A stretch of DNA of 64,000 bases from Planctomycetota bacterium (GCA_002686265.1 NZBA01000042.1:10363-74362), one strand, 5' to 3'. Positions 28,290 to 38,566 are shown, numbered from the stretch's first letter. The notes: generated from the letters alone by a model not told the origin. Numbers and translations are program-made.

Positions 28290-29125
28290 GGGGAGGTCGT
28301 GGTCTGGGGCAGGATGCGGCGGACGCGATCGAGGCGGTAGGTCCGCAGACCTCCGGCCCAACGACTCTGTGCTTCCAGGTAGTCTCGCTTCTGACGGCGG
28401 TAGAGGAAGCGCGGCAGGAGGGTGATGCGCGCGGGATGGTCCGTGCCGTCGCCGTAGAGGAGCGTGACCTCCTCTTGGCGCTCCAGTGCGCGCTCGAGCG
28501 GCCGTAGGCGCGGGCTCATGCGCGGTGGGGCCGGCTTCTTGGACTCGATCGTCAGCGGAGAGCGGCCGCCGTGGCTGGTGGGGAGCAGCTCGGAGAGATC
28601 GCCGTCAGCCGGGGCTGGATCGTCGTCGGCCTCCACGCAGGCCTCGATGACCTTCCAGCAGTAGACCGCGTCGGCCAGGGCTCGGTGGCGCGGTCCGTCC
28701 TCCAGCCCGAGCAGCTCGACGAGGGTGTCGAGCTTGTGATCGGGCGCATCGGGGAGCGCGCGACGGGCGAGGACGAGAGAATCGACGAAGGCTCCGGGGG
28801 GCGGCGTGAGTCTCCAGCGCGCGTACTCGTAGGCCAGAACCCGGGCGTCGAAGGGGGCGTTGTGGGCGGCCAGCGTGGCTTTGCCCGCCCAGGCGGTGAA
28901 ATCACTCAGCACCGCCGCCGTCGCCGGAGCGTCGCGCACGTCGTCCTCGCGGATGCCGTGGATCTGCGTGGCCAGCGGGTCGATCTCGACCTCGGGGCAG
29001 ACCAAGCTCTCGAATTGGTCGGTGACCTCTCCGTCGAGGACGCGCAGGGCGCCGAGCTCCAACAGGTGCGGCGCGCCCTGCAGGTTGGCGGTCTCCGTGT
29101 CGAGGATGATGATCGGTTCACTCAT
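28286..29125 (-). CDS. DnaQ-like DEDDh 3'-5' exonuclease fused to a WYL-like C-terminal domain
   Basis: Start at MSEPIIILDTETANL (Exo I DxE). AAHNAPFDARVL (Exo II). HRALADAV (Exo III, H-x4-D). The C-terminus VTLLYGDG...ARITLLPRFLYRRQKRDYLEAQSRWAGGLRTYRLDRV resembles a WYL domain with DYL in place of WYL. Confidence 0.8.
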   Translation of the reverse strand: MSEPIIILDTETANLQGAPHLLELGALRVLDGEVTDQFESLVCPEVEIDPLATQIHGIREDDVRDAPATAAVLSDFTAWAGKATLAAHNAPFDARVLAYEYARWRLTPPPGAFVDSLVLARRALPDAPDHKLDTLVELLGLEDGPRHRALADAVYCWKVIEACVEADDDPAPADGDLSELLPTSHGGRSPLTIESKKPAPPRMSPRLRPLERALERQEEVTLLYGDGTDHPARITLLPRFLYRRQKRDYLEAQSRWAGGLRTYRLDRVRRILPQTTTSP

Positions 29126-29412
29126 GGTCAGCGGGCGGTGGGCAGCCCGGCATCGTACCCCCGGGTGCCGGCGGCAACAACGGCCGCCGCCACGGGATCC
29201 GGCGGGAGCCCTCGCTCGGCGGCTGGGGCGTGAAGGCCCGTGGGGGAAGCGGTCCAACAGGCCGCTGGGGAAGAGCGCCCTCCTCCAGCTCCGCCCTCTC
29301 CGCGGCTGCGGGCTCGTCGATCCGTGCTCGACGGCCCTACCCGAGCGCCTGCGCCGTCTCGACTTCCCCCTCCTCGCCGCGACGCGGAGGTCTGCCTCGC
29401 GCTGCGGCCCGT

Positions 29413-31587
29413 CTAGCCGACGAGAGCTTCGAACTCGGGGGTCCCGCGCAGGAGCTCGAGGTCGGTATTGTTGCGCAGCTCGCTGTGGATGAAGAAGCCG
29501 CGCGCGTGCGCCTTCTCGAGATGGTCGAGGGCCTCGGGCACTTCTCCGATGACCGCGAACACGCACCCGGCGTGGTAGCTCGTGTAGCCGTCCTTCGGGG
29601 AGACTCTCAGGGCGGCGGTCACCACCCGCAGCGCTTCATCATGGGAGCCCATGCGCCCGAGCAACAGCGCCATGTGCAAGCGCGCCTCCTGGTTGTCGGG
29701 GTTCTTCTCGATCTCCTTCCGCGCTGCCGCGATGCCTCGCTCCGCCAAGTCCTCGGCCTCCTCTTGGCGCTCGAGGCGCTTGAGGACGCGGTAGAGGTGA
29801 TCGAAAGCGCCGATGTGGGCGGCGTGGAGCTCGACGGCCCGCTGCAGGTGGGTCTCGGAACTCTCGAAGTTACCCTCGCGGGCCATCACGGCGCCCAGTA
29901 GGCGGTGTGCCAGCCATTCGGTCTCGTCGCACTGGATGGCGAGACGGTACTCCCGCTCGGCGTCGGTCGATTGCCCGCTGAGGTGGTAGGCGAAACCCAG
30001 TGAGGTGTGGGCTTCGGCGCATTTGGGCTCGAGTGCCAGGGCATGGCGGGCGGACTCGCGGGCCTCGGCCAGGTACCCGGTGTCTCCATCCCAGTAGAGG
30101 TACTTGCGCACCATCGCCTCGGAGAGCCCGGCGTGGGCCTTGGCGCAGTAGCGGTCGGCCTCGATAGCGGCCCGAAAGCGATGGATGGCCGACATCAGGT
30201 GCTTGGTCGTGCCCCGCAGCAGCTGGTCGTGGGCCTTGCGGGCGATCGCCAGGGCCCGATCTTTGTCCCTATGGCTGCCCCGGCTGGGATTCAGGGAGAA
30301 CTCGGTCAAGCGCTTCTTCACGCGCCGTACCGCCGTGCGCACCAGGTCGGCCTGCAGGGACCACTCGTTGGGATCGGATTCCTCGACCAGGTCGCGCGTG
30401 CTCTCGCGCGAGGCGTCTCGATCGGTGCTCGGCGAGCAGCGCTCCAGGTTCAGCACCAGCTTCCCGTGGGGGCTGTGGACCTCGAGCGCTGTCCGCAGCA
30501 CGTAGTCGAACTCCTCACCGTCGCGAATGTCGTCGTCCTCGCGCAGGGCGACGGCGACCCCCTTGAGCCGCGTCAGCTCCGCCGCGAGGTCCTTGCGGAG
30601 GCCCCCGGCGATCACGGAGCACTCTCGTTCGCTCGTCCCGCAGGCGACGGGCGGGAGCAGGAGGCGCGCGTCGAGGGTTCCCACTTCGGCTCCGGCGTTG
30701 CGCGCCGAGGCGTCCACGCTCAGCAGGGCGCCGAGGGCCTCGTCGGCGTTCTTGAAGCGATCCTCGGGCCGCCGTTTCAGGCAGCGCAAGATGAACTCCT
30801 CGAGCTGGGAGGGGAAGCCCTGCCGGATGTGCGAGGGCCGCCGCGGGCTCCCGTCGAGGATCCCCATGCAGACCTCTGGGAAGCTCTTGCCGGGGAAGGG
30901 CAGGGCGCCCGTCATCACGTGGTAGAGCACCGATCCGAGGGAGAAGATGTCGGAGCCTGCGTTGAGGTCGTCACCGCGGACCTGCTCGGGGGACATGTAG
31001 AGCACCGTGCCGACCAGCATCCCGTGCTGGGTGATCCCCGACTCGTCGGACGCCCGCGCGATGCCGAAGTCGAGCAGTTTCACTTTCCCGTCGTCGAGCA
31101 ACATGATGTTGGCCGGCTTCAGGTCGCGATGGATGAGCCTCCCCGTGTGGACGCTCGCCAGGGCCGAGGTGATCTGGTTGGCGATGCTCCGGCACTCCTC
31201 GTAGCCGAGCAACTGGTCCTTCAGGACCTTGTCCAGCGTGCGCCCGGCGAGGTACTCCATGACGATGAAGGACGTCCCCTGGTCCTTCCCGTACTCGAAG
31301 ATCGTCGCGATGTTCGGGTGGTCGAGGTTGCTGGCGTGGCGCGCCTCGCGGTGGAACCGTTCGTCGGCTTGCGGGTCGATCTCGGCGTGGGCACGCAGAA
31401 CCTTCAGGGCCACCGTGCGCCCGAGCTCGGTGTCCTTCGCCTTGTAGACTTCACTGAGAGGCCCTTCCCCGAGCCGGTCCCGCTCGGGGTCGAATTCGAA
31501 GTGTGCGAATTGCATTGGGGACTGGGGATCCCGGACGGTCGCTCTCCAACCGTCGCTTGGATTGCATTCTACCGGTTCGAAAGCCAT
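29413..31587 (-). CDS. Ser/Thr protein kinase with C-terminal TPR repeats
   Basis: LGEGPLSEVYKA, ALKVL, HRDLKPANIML, DFGIA and GTVLYMSPEQ are present. The C-terminal half is TPR-like. The start is uncertain (ATG 31587 or 31515). Confidence 0.85.
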   Translation of the reverse strand: MAFEPVECNPSDGWRATVRDPQSPMQFAHFEFDPERDRLGEGPLSEVYKAKDTELGRTVALKVLRAHAEIDPQADERFHREARHASNLDHPNIATIFEYGKDQGTSFIVMEYLAGRTLDKVLKDQLLGYEECRSIANQITSALASVHTGRLIHRDLKPANIMLLDDGKVKLLDFGIARASDESGITQHGMLVGTVLYMSPEQVRGDDLNAGSDIFSLGSVLYHVMTGALPFPGKSFPEVCMGILDGSPRRPSHIRQGFPSQLEEFILRCLKRRPEDRFKNADEALGALLSVDASARNAGAEVGTLDARLLLPPVACGTSERECSVIAGGLRKDLAAELTRLKGVAVALREDDDIRDGEEFDYVLRTALEVHSPHGKLVLNLERCSPSTDRDASRESTRDLVEESDPNEWSLQADLVRTAVRRVKKRLTEFSLNPSRGSHRDKDRALAIARKAHDQLLRGTTKHLMSAIHRFRAAIEADRYCAKAHAGLSEAMVRKYLYWDGDTGYLAEARESARHALALEPKCAEAHTSLGFAYHLSGQSTDAEREYRLAIQCDETEWLAHRLLGAVMAREGNFESSETHLQRAVELHAAHIGAFDHLYRVLKRLERQEEAEDLAERGIAAARKEIEKNPDNQEARLHMALLLGRMGSHDEALRVVTAALRVSPKDGYTSYHAGCVFAVIGEVPEALDHLEKAHARGFFIHSELRNNTDLELLRGTPEFEALVG

Positions 31588-31718
31588 CTGAGGGGGAGGG
31601 CGGGCAGTCTCCTTTGCCCGGCGGGCCCACGCCAATCTCCTAGGCTATCGTGAGGAGCGTGTAACAACCGATCTCCCGGCCGGCCCGCCCCGGTCGGGGC
31701 GAGGGGGCCGTGGCGCAC

Positions 31719-32600
31719 TCAAGGCAGGAGGTGGTCGAGGCCGTGGATCAGGGAACCCCCGAAGAACCCCGTGGCGGCGACCGCGAGGGCGCAGACGGCC
31801 CACACCGCGCGCGCCGGCCCGCCGACCCGCTCCGCGCCCGGGCGCAAGCCGCGTTCGAACAGCCAGGCCAGGAGGAGGGCCGCGACGGCCGTTCCCACTC
31901 CCAGCCAGCGATGGGTCGTGAGCATCCAGCTCGCTCGCACGTCGAGGGCGTTGAGCCAGCCAAGACCGGCGGCGGCCAGGGCGCCCGCCGCGCCGCCGTG
32001 GATGCACAGGCGCGCGGCGGAGCGCGTGCCCAGGGCCATGGCCACACCGGCGACGAGCAGCAGGGCGATCGGGAAGTGGGCGATCATCGGGTGCATGCGG
32101 CCGATCCAGGAGCGCCAGCGATTCCAGGCCGAGGGAGTCGCCTCCATGCCGTCGGCCGCGCCTGCCTCTGTGCCATCCTCCGTCGCCGGCAGCGGTGCGC
32201 CGGCCTCGATCCACCAGCGCATCAGGGCTAGCTCGTCGAGGCTCATAGACCCCGCTTCGGAGTCCGTGGGCGGCATGCGGAGGTCCGGATCGGGCTCGGT
32301 CAGGCTGACCCAGAGGGAGACGTCGGCGAGGTCGCCGCTCTCCCGGTAGTCCTCGATCTCCACCCAGTCGGGGACCCAGGTCTCGTGGTCGCGCACGTCC
32401 TCGATCCAGTTCCGCGCCTTCTTGTTGCCGGGGCCGGGGGCGTGGCACTCGACACAGCGCAGGACCATCAGCTCGGTGGCTCGGCGAGCGAGGGCGTCCG
32501 CTTCGTCGGGGGCTGAGGCGAGGGCGAGGGCAGCGAAGAGAGGAGCGATCACGGGCGGCGGTGGGGTTGGGGGCGTCCGGCGGTCTGCGCGCTCGCTCAT
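31719..32600 (-). CDS. Membrane protein with N-terminal planctomycete-type cytochrome c (CxxCH) domain and DUF2231-like TM domain
   Basis: Start at MSERADRR. The heme motif LRCVECHAPG is present. The C-terminal half has HPMIAHFPIALLLVAG followed by three more hydrophobic helices. Confidence 0.6.
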   Translation of the reverse strand: MSERADRRTPPTPPPPVIAPLFAALALASAPDEADALARRATELMVLRCVECHAPGPGNKKARNWIEDVRDHETWVPDWVEIEDYRESGDLADVSLWVSLTEPDPDLRMPPTDSEAGSMSLDELALMRWWIEAGAPLPATEDGTEAGAADGMEATPSAWNRWRSWIGRMHPMIAHFPIALLLVAGVAMALGTRSAARLCIHGGAAGALAAAGLGWLNALDVRASWMLTTHRWLGVGTAVAALLLAWLFERGLRPGAERVGGPARAVWAVCALAVAATGFFGGSLIHGLDHLLP

Positions 32601-32786
32601 CCTGGCAGAACAGAGCGCCGCTCGCACCCCCCCGCCCGTGGCGGAGGAGCCCGGTACGTCCCGCGCCGTCCCGCGGGCCGGGCTGCGCACTTCGACCGAG
32701 GCGAGTTCGGCCTGTGCGCGGGTGCCATCGGCTCGGGCGACCTGCTAGGCTCCCCGGCGCTTGCGCGCCCTGCGCGGAGCACTTCG

Positions 32787-33929
32787 ATGCAGGTCTTCAT
32801 CCCTACCGAGATCCTCCCGGGCGAGACACGCGTGGCCGCGACGCCGGAGACCGTCGCGCGCCTGGTGAAACGCGGCGTGAAGGTCGCGGTGCAGGCCGGG
32901 GCCGGGGCGCGGGCCTACTTCGGAGACGAGGCCTACCAGGCCGCGGGCGCCGAGATCGTCGACGCCCCCGCGCCGGACGCGGCGGCCCTCGTGGCGCGCG
33001 TCCAGCCGCCGTCCGATGAGGAAACCGACGCGCTCGCCGAGGGCAGCGTGCTCGTCAGTCATGTGTTCGCGACCGCCGACAGGGCCCGAGCGGAGCGCAT
33101 CGCCGCGCGCGGGGTGACGACCTTCGCGATGGAGCTCATCCCCCGCACCAGCCGCGCCCAGACGATGGACGCCCTGAGCTCCCAGGCCACGGTGGCGGGC
33201 TACAAGGCCGTCATCCTCGCGGCGGAGCGTCTCGACAAGCTCTGCCCGCTGTTGATGACCGCTGCCGGGACCGTCAAGCCCGCCCGCGCCGTCGTCTTTG
33301 GTGCCGGCGTCGCCGGCCTGCAGGCCATCGCGACCGCTCGACGCCTGGGGTGTGTCGTGGAGGCGACCGACATCCGCGCGGCCGCCAAGGAGCAGGTAGA
33401 GAGCCTCGGTGCGCGTTTCATCGACGTGCCTGGCGCGGAGGACATGGAGGACGAGCGCGGCTACGCTCGCGAGGCCGACGAGGAGTTCCTGCGTCGCCAG
33501 CGCGAGGAGGTCGCGCGGCGCGTCGAGGGTGCGGACATCGTGATCACGACCGCTCAGATCCCTGGGCGCCCGGCGCCGCTGTTGGTGTCGGAGGAGCTCG
33601 TGCGCTCGATGCGCGCGGGCAGCGTGATCGTCGATCTGGCGGTGGAGAGCGGCGGCAACTGCGAGCTCTCGGTCCCCGGCGAGACCGTCGAGCGCCACGG
33701 CGTCTGGATCGTCGGGCAGCGCAACCTCCCGGCCAGCGTCCCCCGCGACGCGAGCTTGCTCTACGCCAAGAACGTGCTCGCGTTGCTCGGCCTGATGTAC
33801 GACGGCGAGGGCGCCTTCTCCCTCGACCTGACCGACGACGTCCTGGCCGGGTGTCTGTTGACGCGCGACGGTGAGATCGTCCATGCCCCGACTCTCGAGC
33901 AGCTCGCCGTGGCGGAGGCGCCCGCATGA
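32787..33929 (+). CDS. pntAA: NAD(P) transhydrogenase subunit alpha part 1
   Basis: MQVFIPTEILPGETRVAATPETV, the dinucleotide fold VVFGAGVAGLQAIATARRLG, and the alanine dehydrogenase/PNT domain organisation. Confidence 0.9.
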   Translation: MQVFIPTEILPGETRVAATPETVARLVKRGVKVAVQAGAGARAYFGDEAYQAAGAEIVDAPAPDAAALVARVQPPSDEETDALAEGSVLVSHVFATADRARAERIAARGVTTFAMELIPRTSRAQTMDALSSQATVAGYKAVILAAERLDKLCPLLMTAAGTVKPARAVVFGAGVAGLQAIATARRLGCVVEATDIRAAAKEQVESLGARFIDVPGAEDMEDERGYAREADEEFLRRQREEVARRVEGADIVITTAQIPGRPAPLLVSEELVRSMRAGSVIVDLAVESGGNCELSVPGETVERHGVWIVGQRNLPASVPRDASLLYAKNVLALLGLMYDGEGAFSLDLTDDVLAGCLLTRDGEIVHAPTLEQLAVAEAPA

Positions 33930-34285
33930 CGGATCTCGCGCTTCTCGCCCTGCCCGCCGCGACCCTCGCCGACGACGGGGCCGGGTCCTTCTTGATCGTC
34001 GGCCTGTGGGTGTTCCTGCTGGCGATCTTCGTCGGCGTGGAGCTGATCACCAAGGTCCCGCCGACGCTCCACACGCCCTTGATGTCGGGCGCCAACGCGA
34101 TCAGCGGCATCACCCTGGTCGGCGCCCTCTCCTGCGCGGCGGCGGACTTCCCTCAGGCGGGTCGCGTCCTCGGCTTCCTGGCAATCACTCTGGCCACGAT
34201 CAACGTCGTCGGCGGCTTCCTCGTCACAGACCGCATGCTGGGGATGTTCGGCTCCTCCGGACGCGGCAAGAAGGACGCCGACTGA
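33926..34285 (+). CDS. pntAB: NAD(P) transhydrogenase subunit alpha part 2 (membrane)
   Basis: 4-nt overlap with pntAA. Contains LHTPLMSGANAISGITLVGA and hydrophobic helices. Confidence 0.85.
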   Translation: MTDLALLALPAATLADDGAGSFLIVGLWVFLLAIFVGVELITKVPPTLHTPLMSGANAISGITLVGALSCAAADFPQAGRVLGFLAITLATINVVGGFLVTDRMLGMFGSSGRGKKDAD

Positions 34286-34289
34286 ATCG

Positions 34290-35786
34290 ATGGGCGCCAT
34301 CACGATGGAGAGCCCGCTCATCCAGGGCGCCTACATGGCGTCGGCCCTGCTGTTCATCTTGGGCATCTCGCGTCTGGGCCGCGTACGGAGCGCCCGCGCG
34401 GGGAATCGCATCGCCGCCCTGGCGATGCTCGTGGCGGTCGTCGCCACGACCATCGTGCTGTGGGGAGACGCCGGGCGCGAGACCCTCTGGGCGGTTCTGG
34501 CGGGCGGCGTCGCCCTCGGCTCGGTGATCGGCCTCGTACTGGCCAGGCGCGTGGCGATGACGGCCATGCCCGAGCTGGTCGCGCTCTTCAACGGCCTCGG
34601 CGGCGCGGCGTCGATGCTCGTCGCCTGGGCCGAGCTGGAGCGCGCGCGGGGGACTTGGGCGAGCGGCCCGCGCGGTGCGGACGGCCTAGTGGTCAGCGAG
34701 GGCCTCTTCGGCCTCGGTACCGTGAACCTCGCGACCTTGTACGGGCCGCTGTTCGTCGTCGCAGCGGTGCTCTCGATCCTGATCGGGGCCGTCACCCTTT
34801 CGGGGAGCTTGGTGGCCTACGGGAAGCTCGCGGGCAAGATCCGCGGCGCGCGCCTGGGTCCCCTGGGCATCAGGCCGCTCAACGCAGTGCTGCTGGCTAC
34901 GGCCGTGGCCGTCGCCGGGGCGGTGGGCTTTGCCTTCGCCGGTGACCCCGAGACCGCCGCCTGGGCGATCTACGCCTTGGTCGGCCTGACCCTGCTCCTG
35001 GGGATCGGCCTGGTGGTCCCGATCGGCGGCGCTGACATGCCGGTGGTGATCTCGCTGTTGAACTCCTACTCGGGGCTCGCGGCCTGCTCGACGGGCTTCG
35101 TCCTGCAGAACAACCTCCTAATCGTGGCCGGTTCGCTCGTCGGCGCCTCCGGCCTGATCCTGACCAAGATCATGTGCCGCGCCATGAATCGCTCCCTGGC
35201 GAACGTGCTCTTCGCGGGCATCGACGCGGGGAGCGCGGGCGGCGACCAGGAGTACACGGGCGTCAAATCCACCTCGGCCGCCGAGTTGGCGATGGTGCTC
35301 GACGCGGCTCAGTCGGTCATCATCGTCCCCGGCTACGGCCTGGCGGTGGCTCAGGCCCAGCACAAGGTCCAGGAGCTGGCGACGCTGCTGGAGGGTCGCG
35401 GCTGCGAGGTTCGTTACGCGATCCACCCGGTCGCGGGCCGCATGCCCGGGCACATGAACGTGCTGCTGGCGGAGGCCAGCGTGCCTTACGAGCGACTCTT
35501 CGAGCTCGACGAGATCAACGGCGACTTCAAGAACACCGACGTGACGATCGTGGTGGGGGCCAACGACGTCTGCAACCCCGCCGCCTACGAGGAGGGCTCG
35601 GCCATCGCTGGAATGCCCGTGCTGGACGTCTGGGACTCGCGCACGGTCGTCGTCGTCAAGCGCTCCCTGAGCCCCGGCTACGCGGGCATCAAGAACGAGC
35701 TGTTCGAGCGCGACAACGCGCTGATGCTCTTCGATGACGCCCGCGCGGCCATCGAGGAGGCGGTAAGCGAATTCGGCGATCTCTAG
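34290..35786 (+). CDS. pntB: NAD(P) transhydrogenase subunit beta
   Basis: Multi-TM N-terminal half. The C-terminal dIII domain has IVPGYGLAVAQAQH, AIHPVAGRMPGHMNVLLAEA and VIVVGANDVCNPAA. Confidence 0.9.
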   Translation: MGAITMESPLIQGAYMASALLFILGISRLGRVRSARAGNRIAALAMLVAVVATTIVLWGDAGRETLWAVLAGGVALGSVIGLVLARRVAMTAMPELVALFNGLGGAASMLVAWAELERARGTWASGPRGADGLVVSEGLFGLGTVNLATLYGPLFVVAAVLSILIGAVTLSGSLVAYGKLAGKIRGARLGPLGIRPLNAVLLATAVAVAGAVGFAFAGDPETAAWAIYALVGLTLLLGIGLVVPIGGADMPVVISLLNSYSGLAACSTGFVLQNNLLIVAGSLVGASGLILTKIMCRAMNRSLANVLFAGIDAGSAGGDQEYTGVKSTSAAELAMVLDAAQSVIIVPGYGLAVAQAQHKVQELATLLEGRGCEVRYAIHPVAGRMPGHMNVLLAEASVPYERLFELDEINGDFKNTDVTIVVGANDVCNPAAYEEGSAIAGMPVLDVWDSRTVVVVKRSLSPGYAGIKNELFERDNALMLFDDARAAIEEAVSEFGDL

Positions 35787-35814
35787 CTCGCTTTCCTCGC
35801 GAGCCACCGGGTCC

Positions 35815-37044
35815 TTGGTGTCGCGGCGCCGGGGCCCGTGGGGGAAGCGGCGCGCAGGTTGCTACCGTATCGCCGTGGACCATCCCCGTTCAACCAGGCC
35901 CACGCCGCCGCGCAGGGGGCCGCTCGGACATCGGGTCTTCTCCCTCGGGGAGCTGCTCGGAATCCGAATCGGCGTCGACTCGAGTTGGCCGCTGATCTTC
36001 GCCCTCTTGTGCCTGGCCTTCACCCAGAGCTTCGAGGCGCGCCACGCCGACTGGTCGGCGGCCTTGTGCTGGAGCGTGGGAGTTACGGCCAGCGGAGTCT
36101 TCTTCGCCTCCGTGCTCCTGCACGAGCTCGGACACAGCCTGACCTCGCGGGCGGTCGGCCTGCCTGTCGTCGCGATCACCCTGTTCCTCTTCGGCGGCGT
36201 GGCCCAGCTCTCCGGGGAACCCTCACGGCCGCGCGACGCCTTCATGATCGCCGTGGCCGGACCGGCGGTGAGCCTCTTCCTTGGCCTATGCTTCCTGCTC
36301 GCATGGCTGCTCCTGCCCGCCGACCTGTTGGCCGGAACCGTCTCCTCGTTCTGTGTGCAGTTGGGTGTCCTCAACCTGCTGATCGCGGGCTTCAACGCCG
36401 TCCCCGGTTTTCCCCTCGACGGCGGCCACGTCCTGCGCGCCCTCCTGTGGGGGGCGACCGGGGATTTCGAGCGCGCCACGCGCATCGCAGCCGGCGTGGG
36501 GGCGGTCTTCGCGCGCCTGCTGATCATCACCGGCCTGGCCTTGGTGTTCCTCGCCGGCTGGTACGCGATGGGCGCGTGGCAGGTCCTGATCGGCTGGTTC
36601 CTGCTGCGCGCCGCCCGCGCGAGCACCACCCAGACCGTTCTGCGCGCGGCCCTCGAGCGCCTGCGGGTGGAGGACGTGATGAGCGCCGAGCTGGTCACGA
36701 CCGAAGGCTACACGAGCGTCGCGGACGCCCTGGAGGGGCCTCTGGCGGACGCCGCCCGCTCTTCGGTCTTCGTGGTCGAGGGTGGCGAGCTGATCGGCGT
36801 GCTGGGCCCCGCGGAGATCGCAAGGCAACCGCCCGGCCGCCGGCCCTTCGTCTCCCTGCGCTCGGCCATGACGCCCCGCTCGCGCATGGTCGGAGTCTCG
36901 GCCCGTGAGAAGGTACTGGACGCCCTGCTCTTGATGGGAGAGCTGGCCGTGGATGAACTGTGCGTGTTCGCCGACGGCGCCCCCGTGGGGGAAATCCGCC
37001 GCGGACAGGTGCAAGCCGCAGCCCAGGCGCGCGGGGGGCGTTGA
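35815..37044 (+). CDS. Site-2 protease (peptidase M50) with C-terminal CBS pair
   Basis: HELGHSL (HExxH), the NLLIAGFNAVPGFPLDGGHVL (LDG) motif, and CBS-like VEDVMSAELVT ... VVEGGELIGVLG. The start codon is uncertain (TTG 35815 or nearby GTG). Confidence 0.8.
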   Translation: MVSRRRGPWGKRRAGCYRIAVDHPRSTRPTPPRRGPLGHRVFSLGELLGIRIGVDSSWPLIFALLCLAFTQSFEARHADWSAALCWSVGVTASGVFFASVLLHELGHSLTSRAVGLPVVAITLFLFGGVAQLSGEPSRPRDAFMIAVAGPAVSLFLGLCFLLAWLLLPADLLAGTVSSFCVQLGVLNLLIAGFNAVPGFPLDGGHVLRALLWGATGDFERATRIAAGVGAVFARLLIITGLALVFLAGWYAMGAWQVLIGWFLLRAARASTTQTVLRAALERLRVEDVMSAELVTTEGYTSVADALEGPLADAARSSVFVVEGGELIGVLGPAEIARQPPGRRPFVSLRSAMTPRSRMVGVSAREKVLDALLLMGELAVDELCVFADGAPVGEIRRGQVQAAAQARGGR

Positions 37045-37210
37045 GCCCCATGTCGCAGCTCACCGGGCACGTTCATCGGCGAGTCATGCAAGATCACGTT
37101 CACCTCTTCACGCCCGCTTCACACTCTCCCGCGACCTTGCTCCGCAGCGTGGGCGTCCGCTCGTGGCGCCGCCCCGCACCTTCACCCTCGATGCTCCGGA
37201 GATCCCCGAA

Positions 37211-38446
37211 ATGCACTCCAAGACAGCTGTCCCCCTGCGTTGTTCGCTTCTCGTCTTCCTGACCCTCCTCTGCCCGCGGGCGTTGGCGGGTGATCCCACC
37301 TCGGCGGTCGAGTCTCCCGCGCCCGCCACCGGGTCCGCCGAGGCCGGCGGGCGCTGGATCCCGGCGGGCGGCACGGCCTGGTCAGCGGCCGAGGGTGATG
37401 TGAGCGTGGAGCTCTTCGGTCGCTTGCAGAACGACTGGGCCTTCAACTCCTCGGGGCCGGGCATGGAGGACGGCACGGAGTTTCGCCGTGCTCGCCTGGG
37501 GGTCAAGGGCACCCTCTACGAGAACGTCTTCTTCAAGGTGCAGTACGACTTCGCCGGTGGCGACGCGGACTTCATGGACACCTACCTCGGCTTCACCGAC
37601 GTCGTAGGCGAAGCGGACGTGAAAGTGGGGCACTTCAAGGAGCCCTTCAGCCTGGAGGAGCTCACCAGTAGCAAGTACCTGACCTTCCTCGAGCGCTCCC
37701 TTCCCAACGCCCTCTCTCCGGGGCGCAACACCGGCGTGGGCATCTCTGACGCCTCGGGCGACGTGACCTGGTCGTTGGGGATGTTCCGAACCTCGGGCAG
37801 CGATGGCGACGACGTCGGCGGTCCCAGCCAGGAGTACAGCGCCACGGCGCGTGTGACCTTCACCCCTGTCTACGCCGACGGCGGAGACGAAGTCCTGCAC
37901 CTCGGCCTGGCCTACAGTGATCGCAGCGCCGACGACGGCGTGGTCTCCTTCGCTACCGGGCCCGAGAACCACCAGGCGCCCGACGTCGTGGACACCGGCG
38001 ACATCATCGCCGACGGCTACGGACTGCTCGGCCTCGAGGGCGCGTGGGTCCACGGCCCGCTCTCGCTCCAGGCCGAGCTGATCCAGGCATCGGTCGACGC
38101 CGCCGACGGTTCGGAGCCCGAGTTCGTGGGCCACTACTTCTACGCTGGCTGGTTCGTCACCGACGGCGATCGACGCAACTACGACCGCAGGTCCGCCGCC
38201 TTCGGCCGCGTGAAGCCCGAGGCCAACTACGGCACCGAGGGCAACGGCGCCCTGGAGCTGACCGCGCGCCTCTCGGCCCTCGACCTCGACGGTGCCGGTG
38301 TCCCCGGTGGCAAACTCGACGACTTCACTCTCGGGGTCAACTGGTACCTGAACCCCAACACGCGCGTGATGCTCAACTACGTCACGGGCGATGAGGGCGG
38401 CATTGACCGCGAGGCTGTCCTGGCCCGCTTTCAGATCGACTTCTGA
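37211..38446 (+). CDS. Phosphate-selective porin O/P family outer-membrane porin
   Basis: Start at MHSKTAVPLRCSLLVFLTLLCPRALA (signal peptide). Contains GRLQNDWAF, FRRARLGVKGTLYENVFFKVQYDFA, VGHFKEPFSLEELTSSKYLTFLERS and a C-terminal ...ARFQIDF. Confidence 0.8.
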   Translation: MHSKTAVPLRCSLLVFLTLLCPRALAGDPTSAVESPAPATGSAEAGGRWIPAGGTAWSAAEGDVSVELFGRLQNDWAFNSSGPGMEDGTEFRRARLGVKGTLYENVFFKVQYDFAGGDADFMDTYLGFTDVVGEADVKVGHFKEPFSLEELTSSKYLTFLERSLPNALSPGRNTGVGISDASGDVTWSLGMFRTSGSDGDDVGGPSQEYSATARVTFTPVYADGGDEVLHLGLAYSDRSADDGVVSFATGPENHQAPDVVDTGDIIADGYGLLGLEGAWVHGPLSLQAELIQASVDAADGSEPEFVGHYFYAGWFVTDGDRRNYDRRSAAFGRVKPEANYGTEGNGALELTARLSALDLDGAGVPGGKLDDFTLGVNWYLNPNTRVMLNYVTGDEGGIDREAVLARFQIDF

Positions 38447-38488
38447 GCACAGCTACATCCTCGAGGTTGCATCCACGAGGCACCTAGG

Positions 38489-38521
38489 AGCCGCGGCTCG
38501 CCTCGTCGGCGAGCCGCGGCT
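38489..38521. terminator. Perfect 14-bp inverted repeat between convergent genes (candidate bidirectional terminator)
   Basis: AGCCGCGGCTCGCC, loop tcgtc, then GGCGAGCCGCGGCT. It sits between the porin stop (38446) and the repeat-protein stop (38567). Confidence 0.5.
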
Positions 38522-38566
38522 GCCGTTCCGCTGCATGAGGCTGCGAGGGCCGACGCCCAGCTCGCC

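Noticed and set aside
35838-36908. 356-aa alternative-frame ORF inside the M50 protease gene
   Set aside because: It is Arg/Pro/Gly-rich out-of-frame sequence. The overlapping frame carries the HExxH and LDG motifs and the CBS domains of a bona fide site-2 protease.
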